The notes beneath the pieces were generated by a model. That model did no database searches and was not told the DNA's origin. It saw nothing but the letters and a program-made list of their open reading frames with translations. DNA of 64,000 nucleotides, taken from assembly GCF_030144855.1 (NCBI RefSeq), contig NC_082731.1:20770001-20834000 (forward strand), in the 5' to 3' direction. This DNA is from Hypanus sabinus. Lineage: Eukaryota. Below, piece by piece: positions 36,040 to 49,815 of this stretch. Within the stretch, counting starts at the first letter, position 1; the number at the start of each line of letters is the position of its first letter. A program made the position numbers and the translations under genes.

Positions 36040-39000
36040 GCCTGGAAGTCAGCCCGTGAGGTAGCGGGAGAGTTTAAAAAGCGAACAGGTTAACGGAGCG
36101 GACGACTGAGTAGACGGAGACAGAGTAGGAGGGCTTTTTCTCGAGAGTCTTTGGCGAGCAATAGCTGAGGACGAGGCTGAGGACGAGCGGGGTAAGCTCC
36201 TTTAATTACTCTAATTATCTTAGGAGTAGTTAATGGAGGCAGCAGTTCGTGCAGTCGAGTGCTCCGTTTGAGTTATGTGGGATGTCAGGGCGCGCACTAT
36301 TGTCCCTGATGACTACAGCTGTAAAAGGTGTATCCAGCTGCAACTCCTGACAAACCGAGTTAGGGAACTGGAGCTAGAGATGGATGAACTTCGCATCATT
36401 CGGGAGACAGAGGCAAAAATAAACAGGAGTTACAGGGGATAGTCATCCTTAAGAGTCAGCAGAGAAGTAGTTAGGTTACTGTCAGGAGATGGAACAGGAA
36501 TAGTCAGAATGAGCACAGCATCTTCTGTGGCCGTTTCCATCAATAATAAGTATACCGTTTTGGATAAAGTTGTTGGGTCGACCTACCCAGGGACAAGTTG
36601 CAGTGTTGCGTCTCTGGCACCGAGACTGGGCCCTCGTCTCCTAAGGGAAGGAGGGAAAACAGAGAGCAGATGTAACAGAGTTAGGGGGACAGATAAGAGG
36701 TTATGTGGAGAGATCGAGAATCCCGGATGATCTGTTGCCACCCTAGTGCCAGGGTCCGCAATATCTCGGATCGACTTCTCAGTGTTCTCAAGAGGGAATC
36801 GGAGCAGCCAGATATCCTGGGGGGGGGGGGGGGGGGGGGGGGGTCCATGTAGGGACTAATGAAGTGGTTAGGAAGATGAGGAGGTCCTGCAAAGAGAATT
36901 TAGGGAGGTAGTGTGTAAAGTTGAAAGGCAGGACATCCAGGGTTGCAATTTCAGGAATGCTACGTGTGCCACGTGCTAGTGAGGCTGGGAATAGGAAGAT
37001 CATGCAGCTAAGTACGTGGCTAAGAAGTTGGTGCAGGAGGGAGGGCTTCATGTTTCTGGACAATTCGACTTTGTTCCAGGGATGGTGAGGACTGGTCCGA
37101 TGGGACGGGTAGCACCTTAACTGGAGGGGGGCCAGCATCCTTGCGGGAAGGTTTGCTTTTGTTGCACAGGGGGGTTTAAACTAGATTTGCATTGGGAGGA
37201 GAACAAGAGTGTCAGAGTAGATAGTGAGGTGGAAGAGGATAAAGTTCATGCTAGAGCTGCAAGCATAGTGCATTGAGTAAAGCCAGATCTAACATATAAA
37301 TCTGCTTTGAGGAAAGAGAAACAGAAGAAAGGGTGTAAAGGTAGCAAAATAGAAGGGCTAAATTACGCGTACTTCAAAGCAAGAAGCATCAGGAACAAAG
37401 GTGCTGAACTGAGAGCTTGGATCCATACATGGAATTATTATGTAGAGGCCATTACAGAGATTTGGCGGGCACCAAGGCAGGAATTGTTTCTGAATATTCC
37501 TGGATTTCAGTTCTTTCAAAGCGATAGAGATGGGGGAAAGGGGAGGAGGTTTGGCATGACAGGTCAGGCATACTATTACGTCTACATAAAGGGGTGGTTA
37601 ATGAAGCAGGATCCTCTTTCGAGTCAGTATGTGTAGAAGTCAGGAACAAGAAGGGAGCAGTTAATCTATTGGGAGTATTCTATCGGCCCCCTAGTAGCAT
37701 CAGAGATACTGAGGAGCAGATTGGGAGACAGATTTTGGATAGGTTCAAAAATAACAAGGTTGTTATCATGGGTGACTTTAACTTCCCCTAATATTGATTG
37801 GCACCTGATTAGTTCCAATTGTTTAGACGGGGCAGAGTTTATTATGTGTGTCCAGGACGGGTTCTTTTCAGAGTAGGTTGACAGGCCGACTAGAGGTAAT
37901 GCGATCCTAGATCTAGTATCAGGTAAAAAACCGGGTAAGGTCACAGATCTCTCAGTGCGTGAGCATCTGGAGGACAGAGACTACCACTACCTGGCTTTAA
38001 CATTATCATGGGAAAGGATAGAATCAGAGGAGGACAAGAATTTTTTTTTTAATTAGGGACTGGCAAATGATGAGGCTATAAGGCTAGAACTAGCGGGTGT
38101 GAATTGGGATATTATTTTTGCAGGGAAATGTACTATGGACATGTTGTCGATGTTTAAGGATCTGTTGAGGGATGTTAGGGATAGATTTGTCCGGTGAGTT
38201 GAAGATAAAGAATGGTAGGATGAATGAAGCATGGAATGAAGGTGGAAAATCCAGTCAGATGGAAGAAGGCAACATACGTGAGGTTTAGGAAGCAAGGATC
38301 AGATGAGTCTATTGAGGAATATAGGGTAGCAAGAATGGAGTTTAAGAAGGGTCTGAGGAGGAGCAAGAAGGGGGCATGAGAAGGCCTTGGCAAGTAGGGT
38401 AATGAAAAACCCCAAGCCGTTCTTCAATTATGTGAAGAACAAAAGGTTGACAGGAATGAAGATACGACCAATTAAAGATAAAGGTGGGAAGATGTGCCTG
38501 GAGGCTGTGGAAGTGAGCGAGGTCCTCAATGAATACATCTCTTTGCTATTCACCAATGAGAGGGAACTTGATGACAGTCAAGACAATATGAGTGAGGTTG
38601 ATGTTCTGGGACATGTTGACGTTAAGGGAAAAGAGGTGTAGGAGTTATTAAAATGCATTAAGACGGATAAGTTGCCAGGGCCTGACAGAGTATTCCCAAG
38701 GGGAGGGAAGAGATTGCTGAGCCCGTGGATAGGACCTTAATGTCCTCTTTATCCACGGGAGTGGTACAGCAGGATTGAAGGGAGGCGAAAGTTGACCCCT
38801 TGTTCAAAACAGCTAGCAGGGATTGTCCGGATAATTATAGATTGGGTGAGCGCTTGCGACTGTGGTGGGAAAGCTTATGCAAAAAAAAAACTTCTTAGAG
38901 ATGGAATCTATGGGCACTTAGAGAATCATGGTCTGGTCAGGGTCAGTCAGGGTGGCTTTGTTAATGGCAGATTGAGTTCATTGAGGAGGTGACCAGGCAT

Positions 39001-40145
39001 AAAGATGAGGGTAATGCAGTGGATGTGATCTAGATGAATTTTAGTAATTCATTTAACAAGCTACAAGACGGCAGGCTTATTCAAAAATTCAGAAGGCATG
39101 GGATCCAGGGAAGTTTGGCCAGGTTGATTCAGAATTGGCTTGATTGCAGAAAGCAGAGGGACGTGGTGGAGGGAGGACATTCGGATTGGGACGGTTGTGA
39201 CTAGTGGCGCACCACAAGGATCGGTACTGGGACCTCTACTTTTCGTGATTTTTATTAACAACCTGGATGTGGAGGTAGAAAGGTGGGTTGGCAAGTTTGA
39301 AAAAACACAAAGGTTGATGGTGTTGTGGATAGAGTTTAGAATTGTCGAAGACTGCAGAGAGACATTATAGGATGCAGAAGTGGGCTGAGAAATGGCAGAT
39401 AGAGATCAACCTCGAGAAGTGTGCTGTGATGCACTTTGCAAGCACAAACTTCCAGGCAGAGTACAAAGTAAATGGCAGTATCCTTGGGAGTGTGGAGGAG
39501 CAGAGGGATCTGGGGTACATTTCCCCAGATCCCTGAGAGTTGCCTCGCAAGTAGAAAGGGTTGCTAAGAAAGCTTATGGAGTGTTAGCTTTCATAAATCG
39601 AGGGATAGTGTTTAAGAGTATCGGAGTAATGATGCAGCTCTATAAAACTCCCGTTAGGCCACACTTGGAGTACTGTGTCCAGTTCTGGTTAGCTCACTAT
39701 AGGAAGGATGTGGAAGCTTTGGAAAGGGTGCAGAGGAGACTTACTGGATTACTGCCTTGTTCAGAGTGTATGCAATATGATCAGAGATTCAGGGAGCTAG
39801 TGCTTTACTTTCTGACAGAAGGAGGTTGAGAGGAGACATGATAGAGGTATACAAGATATCAAGAGGAATAGATAGAGTGGACTGCCAGCGCGTCTTCCCC
39901 AGGACACCACTGCTCAATTCAAGAAGATATGGCTTTAAGGTAGGGGGTGAAAAGTTGAAGGCGGATATTAGGTTTTTACACAGAGGTGTCATGCACTGCC
40001 TAAGTCAGTGGTGGAAGCAGATACACTAGTGAAATTTGGTATATGGAGGAATTTAAGGTGGGGCGCTTCATGGGAAGCAGGGTTTAGGTTCGGCAAAACA
40101 TTGTGGGCTGAAGGGCCTGCATTGTGCTGAATTGTTCTATGTCTC
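36040..40145 (+). mobile_element. Near full-length decayed CR1 LINE (ORF1 Cys-rich and SGNH-esterase-like; ORF2 endonuclease and RT)
   Basis: LGVFYRPPSS, VVIMGDFNFP, PKPFFNYVKNKR, VTSGAPQGSVLGPLLFVIFINNLD, RPHLEYCVQFW, GDMIEVYKI; tail ttgttctatgtctc. Poly-G at 36819-36843. Confidence 0.92.
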
Positions 40146-40146
40146 T

Positions 40147-40325
40147 ATTTTTCTAAAAATGGAACCACCTCCTGAATTTCCGCAGAGTCATACAGCTGAA
40201 TTAAAGAACGATATCTAAACATCTCATTTAAACATATTTACTGTTCTTGTTTCTGATATTGCTGTGTACTTCTGCACCATGTAGCCAGTACTGTGGTAGG
40301 GAACTGGCTGATCCTGATGATAATC
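40147..40325 (+). pseudogene. 3' half of the split V pseudogene with dead RSS
   Basis: PEFPQSHTAELKNDI*TSHLNIFTVLVSDIAVYFCTM, then AGTACTG, 23 nt, ATGATAATC. Close in sequence to the 9.2-9.4 kb V end. Confidence 0.75.
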
Positions 40326-40479
40326 CGCTGTGGATGTGCCAATGATTTGCAAGTAGAACTCTCCCATAACTGGGATATCGAAAGAAACACAAAGTAAACA
40401 GTGATGGTCACAGAATGGAGTTAAAAAAAATATCAGGAATGATACATGTTGAAGTATCAATTCACGCTCTCAGCTCGTC

Positions 40480-41700
40480 AGCCTTTCCGACAAAACTCCT
40501 CAGGTAGAAAGTGACACACCTCAGAAGATTATTGCCACCACACACAACCCTTCTATTTGTGACTTTTTATGAAACTTTGATGTCATTGATTTTCACCCCC
40601 CCCCACTTCACTATCCACTCGGGCTCTCTGGTTCGATCCCCCTGCAAATCTAGTTTACCCTCTGCCACCCCAGTAGCACTAGCAAACCTCCCTGCAACGG
40701 TATTGGTCTCCCTATACCTCAGGTGGCACCCATTGCTCTTGCACAGGTCCCAACTTCCGCAAAAAATGTCCCAATCATCCTAAAACCTGAAACCCTTCCG
40801 CCTACACCAGTTCCCCAGCCACGTGATCATCCTACGAAGCATCCTATTCTTACCCCCAGTGGCAAGTGGGGCAGGTAACAATCTTGAGATTATCACTCTC
40901 GAGTTCGTGCTTTTTAACTTCCTACCAAGCTCTCTAAACTCACTCTTCAGGAGCTCCTCACTCTTTCTTCCTACGTCATTGGTACCAATGTGTACCATGA
41001 CATCTGGCTGATCACCTTCCCATTTCAGAATGCTCTGCACGCGATCAGAGACATCCCTGAACCTGGAACGCAGGAGGAAGCAAACAATCCTTGAGTCTCT
41101 GTCACGACCACATATCCTCCTGTCTGTACCTCTAACTATCGAAACAACTATCACTACCGCTCTCCTCTTCTTACCCCCTCCCTCCTGCACTGCAGAATTA
41201 GACAGTGCCAGACATCCGGCTTCTGCAGTTTGTCCCAGGTCCCCCCAAGAGTATCGAAATCTGAATTATTTTTGTTGAGGGGAATGGCCTGGGGTCCCCT
41301 GCTCTACCTGCCCTTTCTCCTTCCTTCGCCTGTCTATAACCCAATTACCTGTGCGCCTCTCCTTTGGCATAACTGCCTCCTTGTAGCTACTATCTATAAA
41401 CGTCTCATTCTTCCCAACGATCCGGATGTCATCCAGCTCGTTCACCGGTTCTTTAACGCAGACTGTTAGGAGCTGCAGCTTGATGCACTTCTTGCAGGTA
41501 TTGTTGTCAGGGACACCGGATGTCTGCCTGACTTCCCACGTCCTGCAAGAGGAGCATTCCAGCATCATGTCTGGCATTCTGTCTACTGTAACCGAACAAA
41601 ACAAAACTGACCAAAACCTACCTTCGCTTCTGCCTGTTCACGCCGAAGACTGATGAGCCAAAGCCGTCCCACTCAGACTCATTCCAATCCGACGATTAGC
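40480..41700 (-). mobile_element. CR1 5' portion (ORF1), minus strand
   Basis: MLECSSCRTWEVRQTSGVPDNNTCKKCIKLQLL and SIVRGTDRRICG..PDVMVHIGTNDVGRK (SGNH-like). Confidence 0.9.
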
Positions 41701-44039
41701 ATTAGCAATGTAATGAGATTATTAGCAATGAAATTAGATTAGCAATGCAATGCCAGCAAGAAGTATAGCTTGTTGAGAATTCCTAGATAGTGCTTTATTA
41801 AGCTGTCCTCCAATCTAAGTCGAGTATCAGAAAGGCGGAGGCATCGAGAACATTTGATGCAGTAGGCGAACCGAAAAGGTTTTCAGTGATGTGTTGCCTA
41901 ACGTGGAACAGCTTTCGGGTCCTTGAATAGAATTGATGCAGTAGAATGGGCAGGAGTAGCATTTCACACGCTAGCAGAGATATGTACCACGAGGGAGATA
42001 GGTGCGTTTCGAAGAATTGACAATGCAATTCTGGTGAGGGGGCAATCACTGCGGAAAACAGAGAGTGATTGAGCTAGGTATGATGCTCGGCAAATGAGGA
42101 ATAAGCAGGTGAAGGTTTATCCATGGTGGCGCAATGGAAACCACATTCATTGAAAAAATATGACTACTCTGATATTCTGAAAATGAATGTCTCAACTTAT
42201 GAACAGATCGGGCGTCGTCGGAAGAAGTCAGAAAAGCGAACGGCTTTTTATAGCTGACAGCATGGGATGAACAAAGATTGTCCAGCCTTAGTCAAGTCCA
42301 GTGTAATTTCAATCTAACACAAAAGTAAGATTACCAGCAATCTGGTCTTATTCTCCAATGTCACTTATACAGTATTAACCACTTCAAAGCAATCTGGCTT
42401 CATAGAGCCTCAAAACGGCAACATGTTTTCACGTGTTGTCTTTTGCAGTGAGTACTTCATTTACGGCTCGAGTAAAATAGGCATCGAAAATGAAACAGTG
42501 AGACTCACAAGTATTGAATGTAACGAGCAGCCTCCAGAGACAAACACAGCACATTTTGAGAAATAATGTTGCTATCAACATGCAATCAGAGATACACCTA
42601 AGAATTTTTAAAAAGTACTTCCAAAATCCCTGATAATCGTTTTCTCCCTATTCTCTGCAACACTACATCGCGTGCGGGAAGACAACAGGTAATCGATTTT
42701 TTGTTAGGTTTCTATAGGTTCTTGATTATTCAACAGTGACATAAAAAACGGACCTTTGAGATAGTGTTACTGTCTTTCTACAGATCATTTAATATGGTAT
42801 CATATTAATGATGGCCTCATAATTAATAATCAGAATGCTTCTCTGGTGCAACAGAGGGGAATGCAGGAGCGACAGAATACAAAGAGTGCAGAATAAATGG
42901 GCGATTTTGCGGTTTGACAACACTAACTAGTCGGATGCCACAAGATTCAAAGATGTTGTCTCTCATTCCCGCTCGTGTTAATATAGCAAAATGTGATCAT
43001 GCAGAATGCAATAAAATCGATGCATGGCATTGCAATATGCGGTGCAGTTTTCAGGAGGGATAAAAGTTACAAGAAACACACAGTGAGTGAGAAAAACGAT
43101 TAAAGAGACGAATATATAGGTACTGTTCGGATTGAGAATGGATGCTGCTTGGATAGTTAAACGCTCTTGCAGACACATTTTAGGGGCATTCAGCATTGCA
43201 CGGAATCTTCATATTATTTTATGAAGATATTTAACTCAAACTTCGCAGAAATCTAACTGCGCCAATGATTTGATCTCCTTTTTTCAACGGTGGTTAGGTC
43301 ATATTTCGCTCCTGAAAGTATCGGCCCGCTGATCATTATGAAACCAGACACACTGTGTTCCCTTTGATCCAGCCCCTGTGATGCAATGAGCACGTCCGAG
43401 AGGCGGAGCTTCCCAGCAATACGATATACACTTATATAACAGCAAGGGTCACATGTTTGGCTTAGGAGAGCGGCACTAGATCAAAGCTTGTTGATTCAAC
43501 TCGTACCCAGTGGAATAAACAGCAACATTACAAGCCCCTTCCGGGACACCTGTTGCCTATCAAAACAGAAGCAATTGACAGTTTTTCCATGGTTTTGTAT
43601 TTACTTGAGAATGTAACGGTGGTGTATAGTGAACCTAGAGGTACAGTGCGCGATGTTTTTACAACATAAAGTTTCCATAAGGTCATAGAGTGAATGTTAC
43701 CGCAGAGGTCATTCATTTGGAGTCTGTTGATAAGCATTGAAAAAAGGTTCACAAATCAATAATAAAAATGACAAATAAATGGGCGATTCTAGAAATGACA
43801 GCATTCAGTGTTGGATACCCTACCATTTCAAAACATCGATTATTTAACAAAAAGGAGCTTGCAGAATATTAAGGAAAAACAAATTGTAAGATACCCTTCA
43901 CTAGAATCCCGACCAGAAAATTAACGATAAAGAGACAGAACAGCAGAACGGCAGAACGAAATATAAAGATTAGTCTGCTGTAAAGAGCGTAAAGATTATG
44001 ACAGAAAGTAGGAGGAGGGAGAACTAGAAAGAAAAAAAA

Positions 44040-44182
44040 GAGACAACTAATGATTGAGCAAAAAGGCAGAGAGGAAGAGCGTGGGAGCGGTGAATTTGGA
44101 AATATAAGTGAAATGTACAAGGATGAGCGAAAAAAAAGTGAAAACGAACGAACAGAGAGAAGAGGGTTTGAGAAACAGAAAG

Positions 44183-44225
<43 letters not shown>

Positions 44226-44674
44226 CACAGAGATAAAAATAACGGAAGGCAGGCGAATGTAAATTAAGGGCTTTCGCTTTGTCATACAGATAAATAAAAC
44301 GGCACCCTAATGTAAAGTGGAAAGACCTGGAAGTGGCAGGTTGGCAGGGGACGAAAGAAGGAAGGGCAGAAGGATGCTGGAAGGGTGAGAAAGATGGAGA
44401 GGGGAGGAGAAAGAAAGAAAGNNNNNNNNNNNNNNNNNNNNNNNNNNNNNNNNNNNNNNNNNNNNNNNNNNNNNNNNNNNNNNNNNNNNNNNNNNNNNNN
44501 NNNNNNNNNNNNNNNNNNNNNNNNNNNNNNNNNNNNNNNNNNNNNNNNNNNNNNNNNNNNNNNNNNNNNNNNNNNNNNNNNNNNNNNNNNNNNNNNNNNN
44601 NNNNNNNNNNNNNNNNNNNNNNNNNNNNNNNNNNNNNNNNNNNNNNNNNNNNNNNNNNNNNNNNNNNNNNNNNN
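44040..44674. repeat. Purine-rich tract with (GA)n (44183-44222) and N-run (44422-44674)
   Basis: Direct reading. Lies upstream of the 44884 V pseudogene. Confidence 0.9.
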
Positions 44675-44883
44675 AAATTTAGAAAGTATCTGAGCCAGAA
44701 CTTCATTCTGATTGGCGTCTGGATAGCTTGATTATCTACCCGGCAGTAGCTTACTAAAAAACGACACCGGTTTTTGCAAATAATTAAGGGCATCCCCGAC
44801 TTGAAGTAATTGTTCCACTATCGTATATGTGTACTTAACATTTTGGACGTAACCAGTCTTTCAATCCGGCTGAGCCAGACGCG

Positions 44884-45302
44884 ATGATTTCTCTATGTTC
44901 CTTATTCAGTGAATTGGCCGTTCTTTCCAATGAGTCTCTTGGAATATGTCCATTTAAGCAAATGTATAGATGAGAAAACGTAACAGTTCATACCATTTCT
45001 CATTTATTACTGGAACGAGCGGGAAAGGTTCGATGACGTAGTACTCTCCAGAATTAACGGCCGATGATGGACAGATCATCACACGACATACATTTTGGTA
45101 CACCCAGCATCAATACCCAGAATACTTGCTGGTTATCTATCTCGGGAAACATGGACGTCCTCTGAGAGATACTGCTGAATTCATGAGGAATATTAAGATA
45201 TTGGAGTCAGGAATGTCAAAGGATTTTGTGTCTAACTCTGCTGTGTACCTTTGCGCCTGATGTCCACAGATTTGTATGGAAAAGCAGGTACAGACACACA
45301 CC
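44884..45302 (+). pseudogene. TCR V pseudogene (family A-related); splice sites lost, stops present
   Basis: Leader MISLCSLFSELAVLS with donor GT>AT and acceptor AG>TG. Exon GTSGKGSMT*YSPELTADDGQIIT..FWYTQHQYPEYLLVIY..FVSNSAVYLCA*, then CACAGAT, 22 nt, ACACACACC. Confidence 0.85.
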
Positions 45303-45544
45303 CATTCTTTGTGTGGCACTGTTCACTCACAAGAGGGCCTCACAATCTAGTAAACGTAAGGAACACAATGGGCGTCGTCAGGGTTACATTCCACTTGGAA
45401 GGATCGATGAACGAGATGGTGACCGACAGGGAACACCAATGAAAGAAGGAGAACGCGCTAGAGTGCATGTGTTTGTGTGTGAGAGGAAGAGACAAAGAAT
45501 AAGTGATAGATATAGTAATGGACAGACAGGGGATGGGGAGAAAC

Positions 45545-45584
<40 letters not shown>

Positions 45585-45839
45585 AAAGAGAGTGAGTAAG
45601 TGAGAGTGAGAAAGAGAGACAGGGTTCAAAGAGATAAAAGAATGTAAAACTCGAGGGCTCATTCCTAATTGGAGAAAGGTGGAACAGGCAACGAAAAGCA
45701 GAATGATTGACAGTCAAGATCATAATATCTGAGGTAGAAGGTCTAATGTTTGTTGAACAAAAGTATCGACACACAGATTGAGCGAGGAGCAAATGGTCAC
45801 TCTTTAGTACCAGATTTTAAAAAAGAAATAATGATTGCT

Positions 45840-46680
45840 ACCTGATAAGAACACAGGACATATAATAGTACAGCACATTACAGGCCCTTCGGCCCATAAT
45901 GTTGTACCGACACGCAAACACTGCCTCCCATATAACCCCCACCTGAAATGCCTCCATATAACTCTCTAGTAGCCTCTTAAATTTCACTAGCGTATCTGCC
46001 CCTACCACTGACTCAGGCAATGCATTCCACGCACCAACCTCTCTCTGAGTGAAAAGCATTCCTCTAATATTCCCTTGAATTTCCCTAACCTTACCGTAAA
46101 TCCATGTCCTCTTGTACTGATCAGTGGTGCCCTGGGGAAGCGGAGTGGATGTCCACTCTATCCATTCCTCTTAATATCTTGTATACCTCTATCATGTATC
46201 CTCTAATCCTCCTTCTCTCCTGAGAGTAAACCCCTAGCTCCCTAATCCCTGATCATAATGCATATTTTCTAAACCAGGCAGCATCCTGGTAAATCTCCTC
46301 TGTACCTTTTCCAAAGCTTCCGCATCTTTCCTATAGTGAGGCGAACAGAACTGGACACAGTATGGCCTAGTGTGGTCTAACCAGAGTTTTATGGAACTGC
46401 ATCATTACATCGCGCCTCTTAAACTCTATCCCTCGACTTATGAAAGCTAACACCCCACAAGCTTTATTAACTACCCTATCTACCTGTGAGGCAACTTCCA
46501 GTGATCTCTGGACATGTACAGACAGAACTCTCTGCTCCTCAACACTACCAAGTATCCTGCCAGTTACTTTATATTCTGCCTTGGAATTTGTCCTTCCAGA
46601 GTGTACTACCTCACACTTCTCTGGTTTTAACTGCATTTGCTACATCTCAGCCCACTTCTGCATCCTATGAATGTCTCAAT
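45840..46680 (-). mobile_element. CR1 3' fragment, minus strand
   Basis: KCEVVHSGRTN, VMMQFHKTLVRPH, FTQREVGAWNALPESVV. Confidence 0.9.
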
Positions 46681-47299
46681 TAGTAAGACATTTAATTACT
46701 AGTTTATTTAGTGGGCCGAAGCATGAAGGTGTAATAAAGCAGGCAATGTGGGTCAAGCATCTGCCTTAACTCCATTAACAACGGCAGTACTCTTCTGTGA
46801 AAAAAAAATCTGCAGTGTATTACCCAGTGAGTCAATGTCATTGCAAAATCAGTGCTTTGTATATTATTCATGAATGTAAGGACTTTGATATTCCCTTTAC
46901 TGTTGACGTGATAACCTACAGAGCCAGCATTATTCAGTAGTACATTACCAGGGATTAGATTTCAATCTGAGTCCTCAACCACACTAATCATTAGAGGATT
47001 TCTTGTACATCTGCTGCCAAATGCAAATTAATTCTCACTCAGCAGTCATTAAGAGCATAATAACTAAGCAGGGTCATTACTTCTTTCAAAATGGAACATC
47101 TACCCTTGTCACAGCTGACAGTACTAAACGCAACAGAATTAGCTGCCTTTTCTAGAGACGGCAGGTGGATACTTTTGGCTGTGTCCTGCCTGATCTAGTA
47201 ATTATTAGGAGACAGGGTGCCCTTACCTGTAATTATGGTCTTTACCTTATGTTTCATATTTAAGTTTGACATTACCATAGAGCTTAAATTGAGGAATTT

Positions 47300-47400
47300 A
47301 TGGTGGGGGGGGGTTATATCGGAGGCAGGGTTTGAGGGTCGGCACAACATTATTGGCCGAAGGGTCTGTAATATGCTGTACTATTCTACGTTCTATGATA
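47300..47400 (+). mobile_element. CR1 3' tail fragment
   Basis: gtcggcacaacattattggccgaagggtctgtaatatgctgtactattctacgttctatg. Confidence 0.75.
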
Positions 47401-48689
47401 AAGATGCTTTTATTCATAACAGTAGGGTATACCTTTTGGAATTTTTTTGAAAAAAGACGTATTTTTTCACTGCTTGGCTAGTAATTGTGAGACTATGAAA
47501 CAGCAACTAATTTTACATTTCAAATCAGCAATTGTGAGAATCATCAGCTACAAATTGACTTTGAAATGGTGTCACTTCACCAATACTACAACTGTGGACT
47601 TATTTTTTTTACTGAGTCTGGAAATTCCTGCATCTGGAAAACAACAGTCATAAAAAAGAAAACGGAGAGTAACATGCTGAAATTCTTAATGAGGCATGAA
47701 TTGGAGTCTCCATTCTGACAACAATGTTTTTATCAGATCATTCAGTAGATTAATTCAAATGACCAAAATATTTCCCAGTTGCTCCTTGCTCCCCCACTGA
47801 CTGGAGCTTTTCTCTGTCAGCGCATAATTGCAAACCTGACAAATGTCACTATGGGGTAGACTATCCATGGCAGAGAATTCTGTGGCAGTGGATCACATTA
47901 AGGGTAGTCTGATTGATAGCTGTATTGTCCCACCACCCCTTCCTCACCATTTTCTTTCGCCAACATTTTATGCAACCAACTTGTGGCTGCCATGAGAAAT
48001 GGTTCTTTGTGATCCGACAGTCTTTCCTGCAGACAGTTCAGAAGACATTACAATTTCTGCAGCTTCCATTGGGAAGCACACAGATCCAATTTAGGTGCAT
48101 CTTCCAGAAATAATCCAACTCACTCTGAGATGGCCTTTAGACTATTTCAAATGTGTTTTTCAGCTAGTCTCACAATTTTTGCAAATGGTCTAGTTCAGTA
48201 TCGCTGCTTAGTGGAGTACCAGTCTTAGTGCTTAGTGTACCAGTCTAGTACGCCACCCCTATTAAAACATTAGTATTATATTTGAGCAATAAGCCTAAAA
48301 GTCAGAGATAAAAGGCGAAAAATATAAACGGAAACATAAATTGATCATATAGAACAAATGTACAATTAAATGGTATATACACATACACATGGATTTCTAC
48401 GTTGTATGTACATAAAGCGCAGCAAGAACATGAGCATGCGCAGGCTGTGGGATGTGGTTCTGTGGGATGTGTAGATATGCTTAACTACTTAACTAAAAGC
48501 TTAACTACTATCATAATTCATACGTTCCTTAAGAATGGCCTTCTAAGTTTCTTTCTGAGAGTTTTTAAACGCTTCATGTCCCCTCTCTGTTGTTTTTACG
48601 TTGTCTCTAACATCACTTGTCAGGCACATTATGTTATTCTTCCATTCGAAAAGTTCTTCCTATTTGGAATATATCTGACTTGCACTTCC

Positions 48690-49815
48690 CTCATCTTTCT
48701 CAGAAACTCCAGAAGCTTTCTTGTGGCGTACTTACTGCCAATGATTATTCGAAAACCTTCCTCATTTCTGCGACAATAGAGAAGCAAGAGGAGCAAACTT
48801 TTGGATGGTTATCCCGCACCGCCTTTGCCGAAGCTAAGGCTTCCCCTCGTAGCAGCCCTATGATGTTCACAATCTTCGATTTATCGGAAGCGTAGGTACA
48901 TGGCTGCAGCTCGAAAACCGGGGAGCATGGAGCAGGAAGGCCCGGCAGCCGCCTAGGTCCCTGGCGTAGGATTCAGACTCGGGCACAGACGGTTCTCGAG
49001 GGGATGGGGTTGCTGACTCCGTGGGCGAAGCCATCCTGAGCGGTGCGTTTGGGTAGCTGGGTTAATTGAAGGGGGGTGCGAAGGCAAAAGCGGAGACCCG
49101 GTCCATTCGTTCACTGATCTTCTGCACATTTTGGTGAGTTTTCGAAGGTTTCTGTGATCTCCCGAAGTAGTTGGTCATGGGCGCCCAACAGGTAGCCCTG
49201 GCTGGTCAGGGACTGTTGTACGGGATCCGTGTCTCCTGGCTTCATTGAGGCCAGTTCGTTCTGTTGTTGGGACGTGGCGGAGGAACGAACTAAAGTGCTG
49301 AACATGGCCACGGAAGCCGAGTAGCCTGTCGTAGCCAGCGTGGGAAGGGTTCCAAAGGGTGCTTTACCCGGAGTCTTGATCATGGTAGATAATTCAGGAA
49401 TAAGTCTAGACTTAGAACTAATAGTCCTAAACAACATAGAGTGAGGGTACTCGTACACGAGTTGACCAACAAACTGGCACATTCTAGTTCTCGTCACAGG
49501 ATTCTTATAGTACTTTGGTTGATGGCATGCAGGTGTTCTTAGTTATTGGAACCTGGGAATTGATTGGGAACTAAAGGAAATGTTTAAGGCCCAATTCCTG
49601 ACGAAGATAGCCAGGTGCCAGAAGGGACCATGAAAGGAATGGAAGGTTAAGGGCTGAGTGTAGGTAGGTGGGACTAGCTGACTGTAAGCGTTCGGCACGG
49701 ACTAGAAGGTCCGAGATGGCTTGTTTCTGTGCTGTAATTGTTATATGGTTATAAGCAACTACCGTGGCATTACTATGATAAACGTTCCAGGGCAAGATAT
49801 GGGCTGATGTTACAC
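48690..49815 (-). mobile_element. gag: Ty3/Gypsy (Sushi-like) gag remnant with probable 5' LTR, itself carrying a CR1 tail (about 49570-49750)
   Basis: Minus strand: DTDPVQQSLTSQGYLLGAHDQLLREITE, REPSVPESE.YA.DLGGCRAFLL and SKIVNIIGLLRGEALASAKAV.DNHP..AEMRKVF. LTR limits tgtaaca (49815) and ..ctgtgac (about 49494) are tentative. Confidence 0.75.

Noticed and set aside
41690-41760. Short dispersed repeats of attagcaatg, a possible array
   Set aside because: Irregular low-complexity expansion at a CR1 5' junction, with no spacer structure.
43869-45792. Several long ORFs rich in SL/ER repeats or X
   Set aside because: Artefacts of (GA)n/(CT)n tracts and N-runs.
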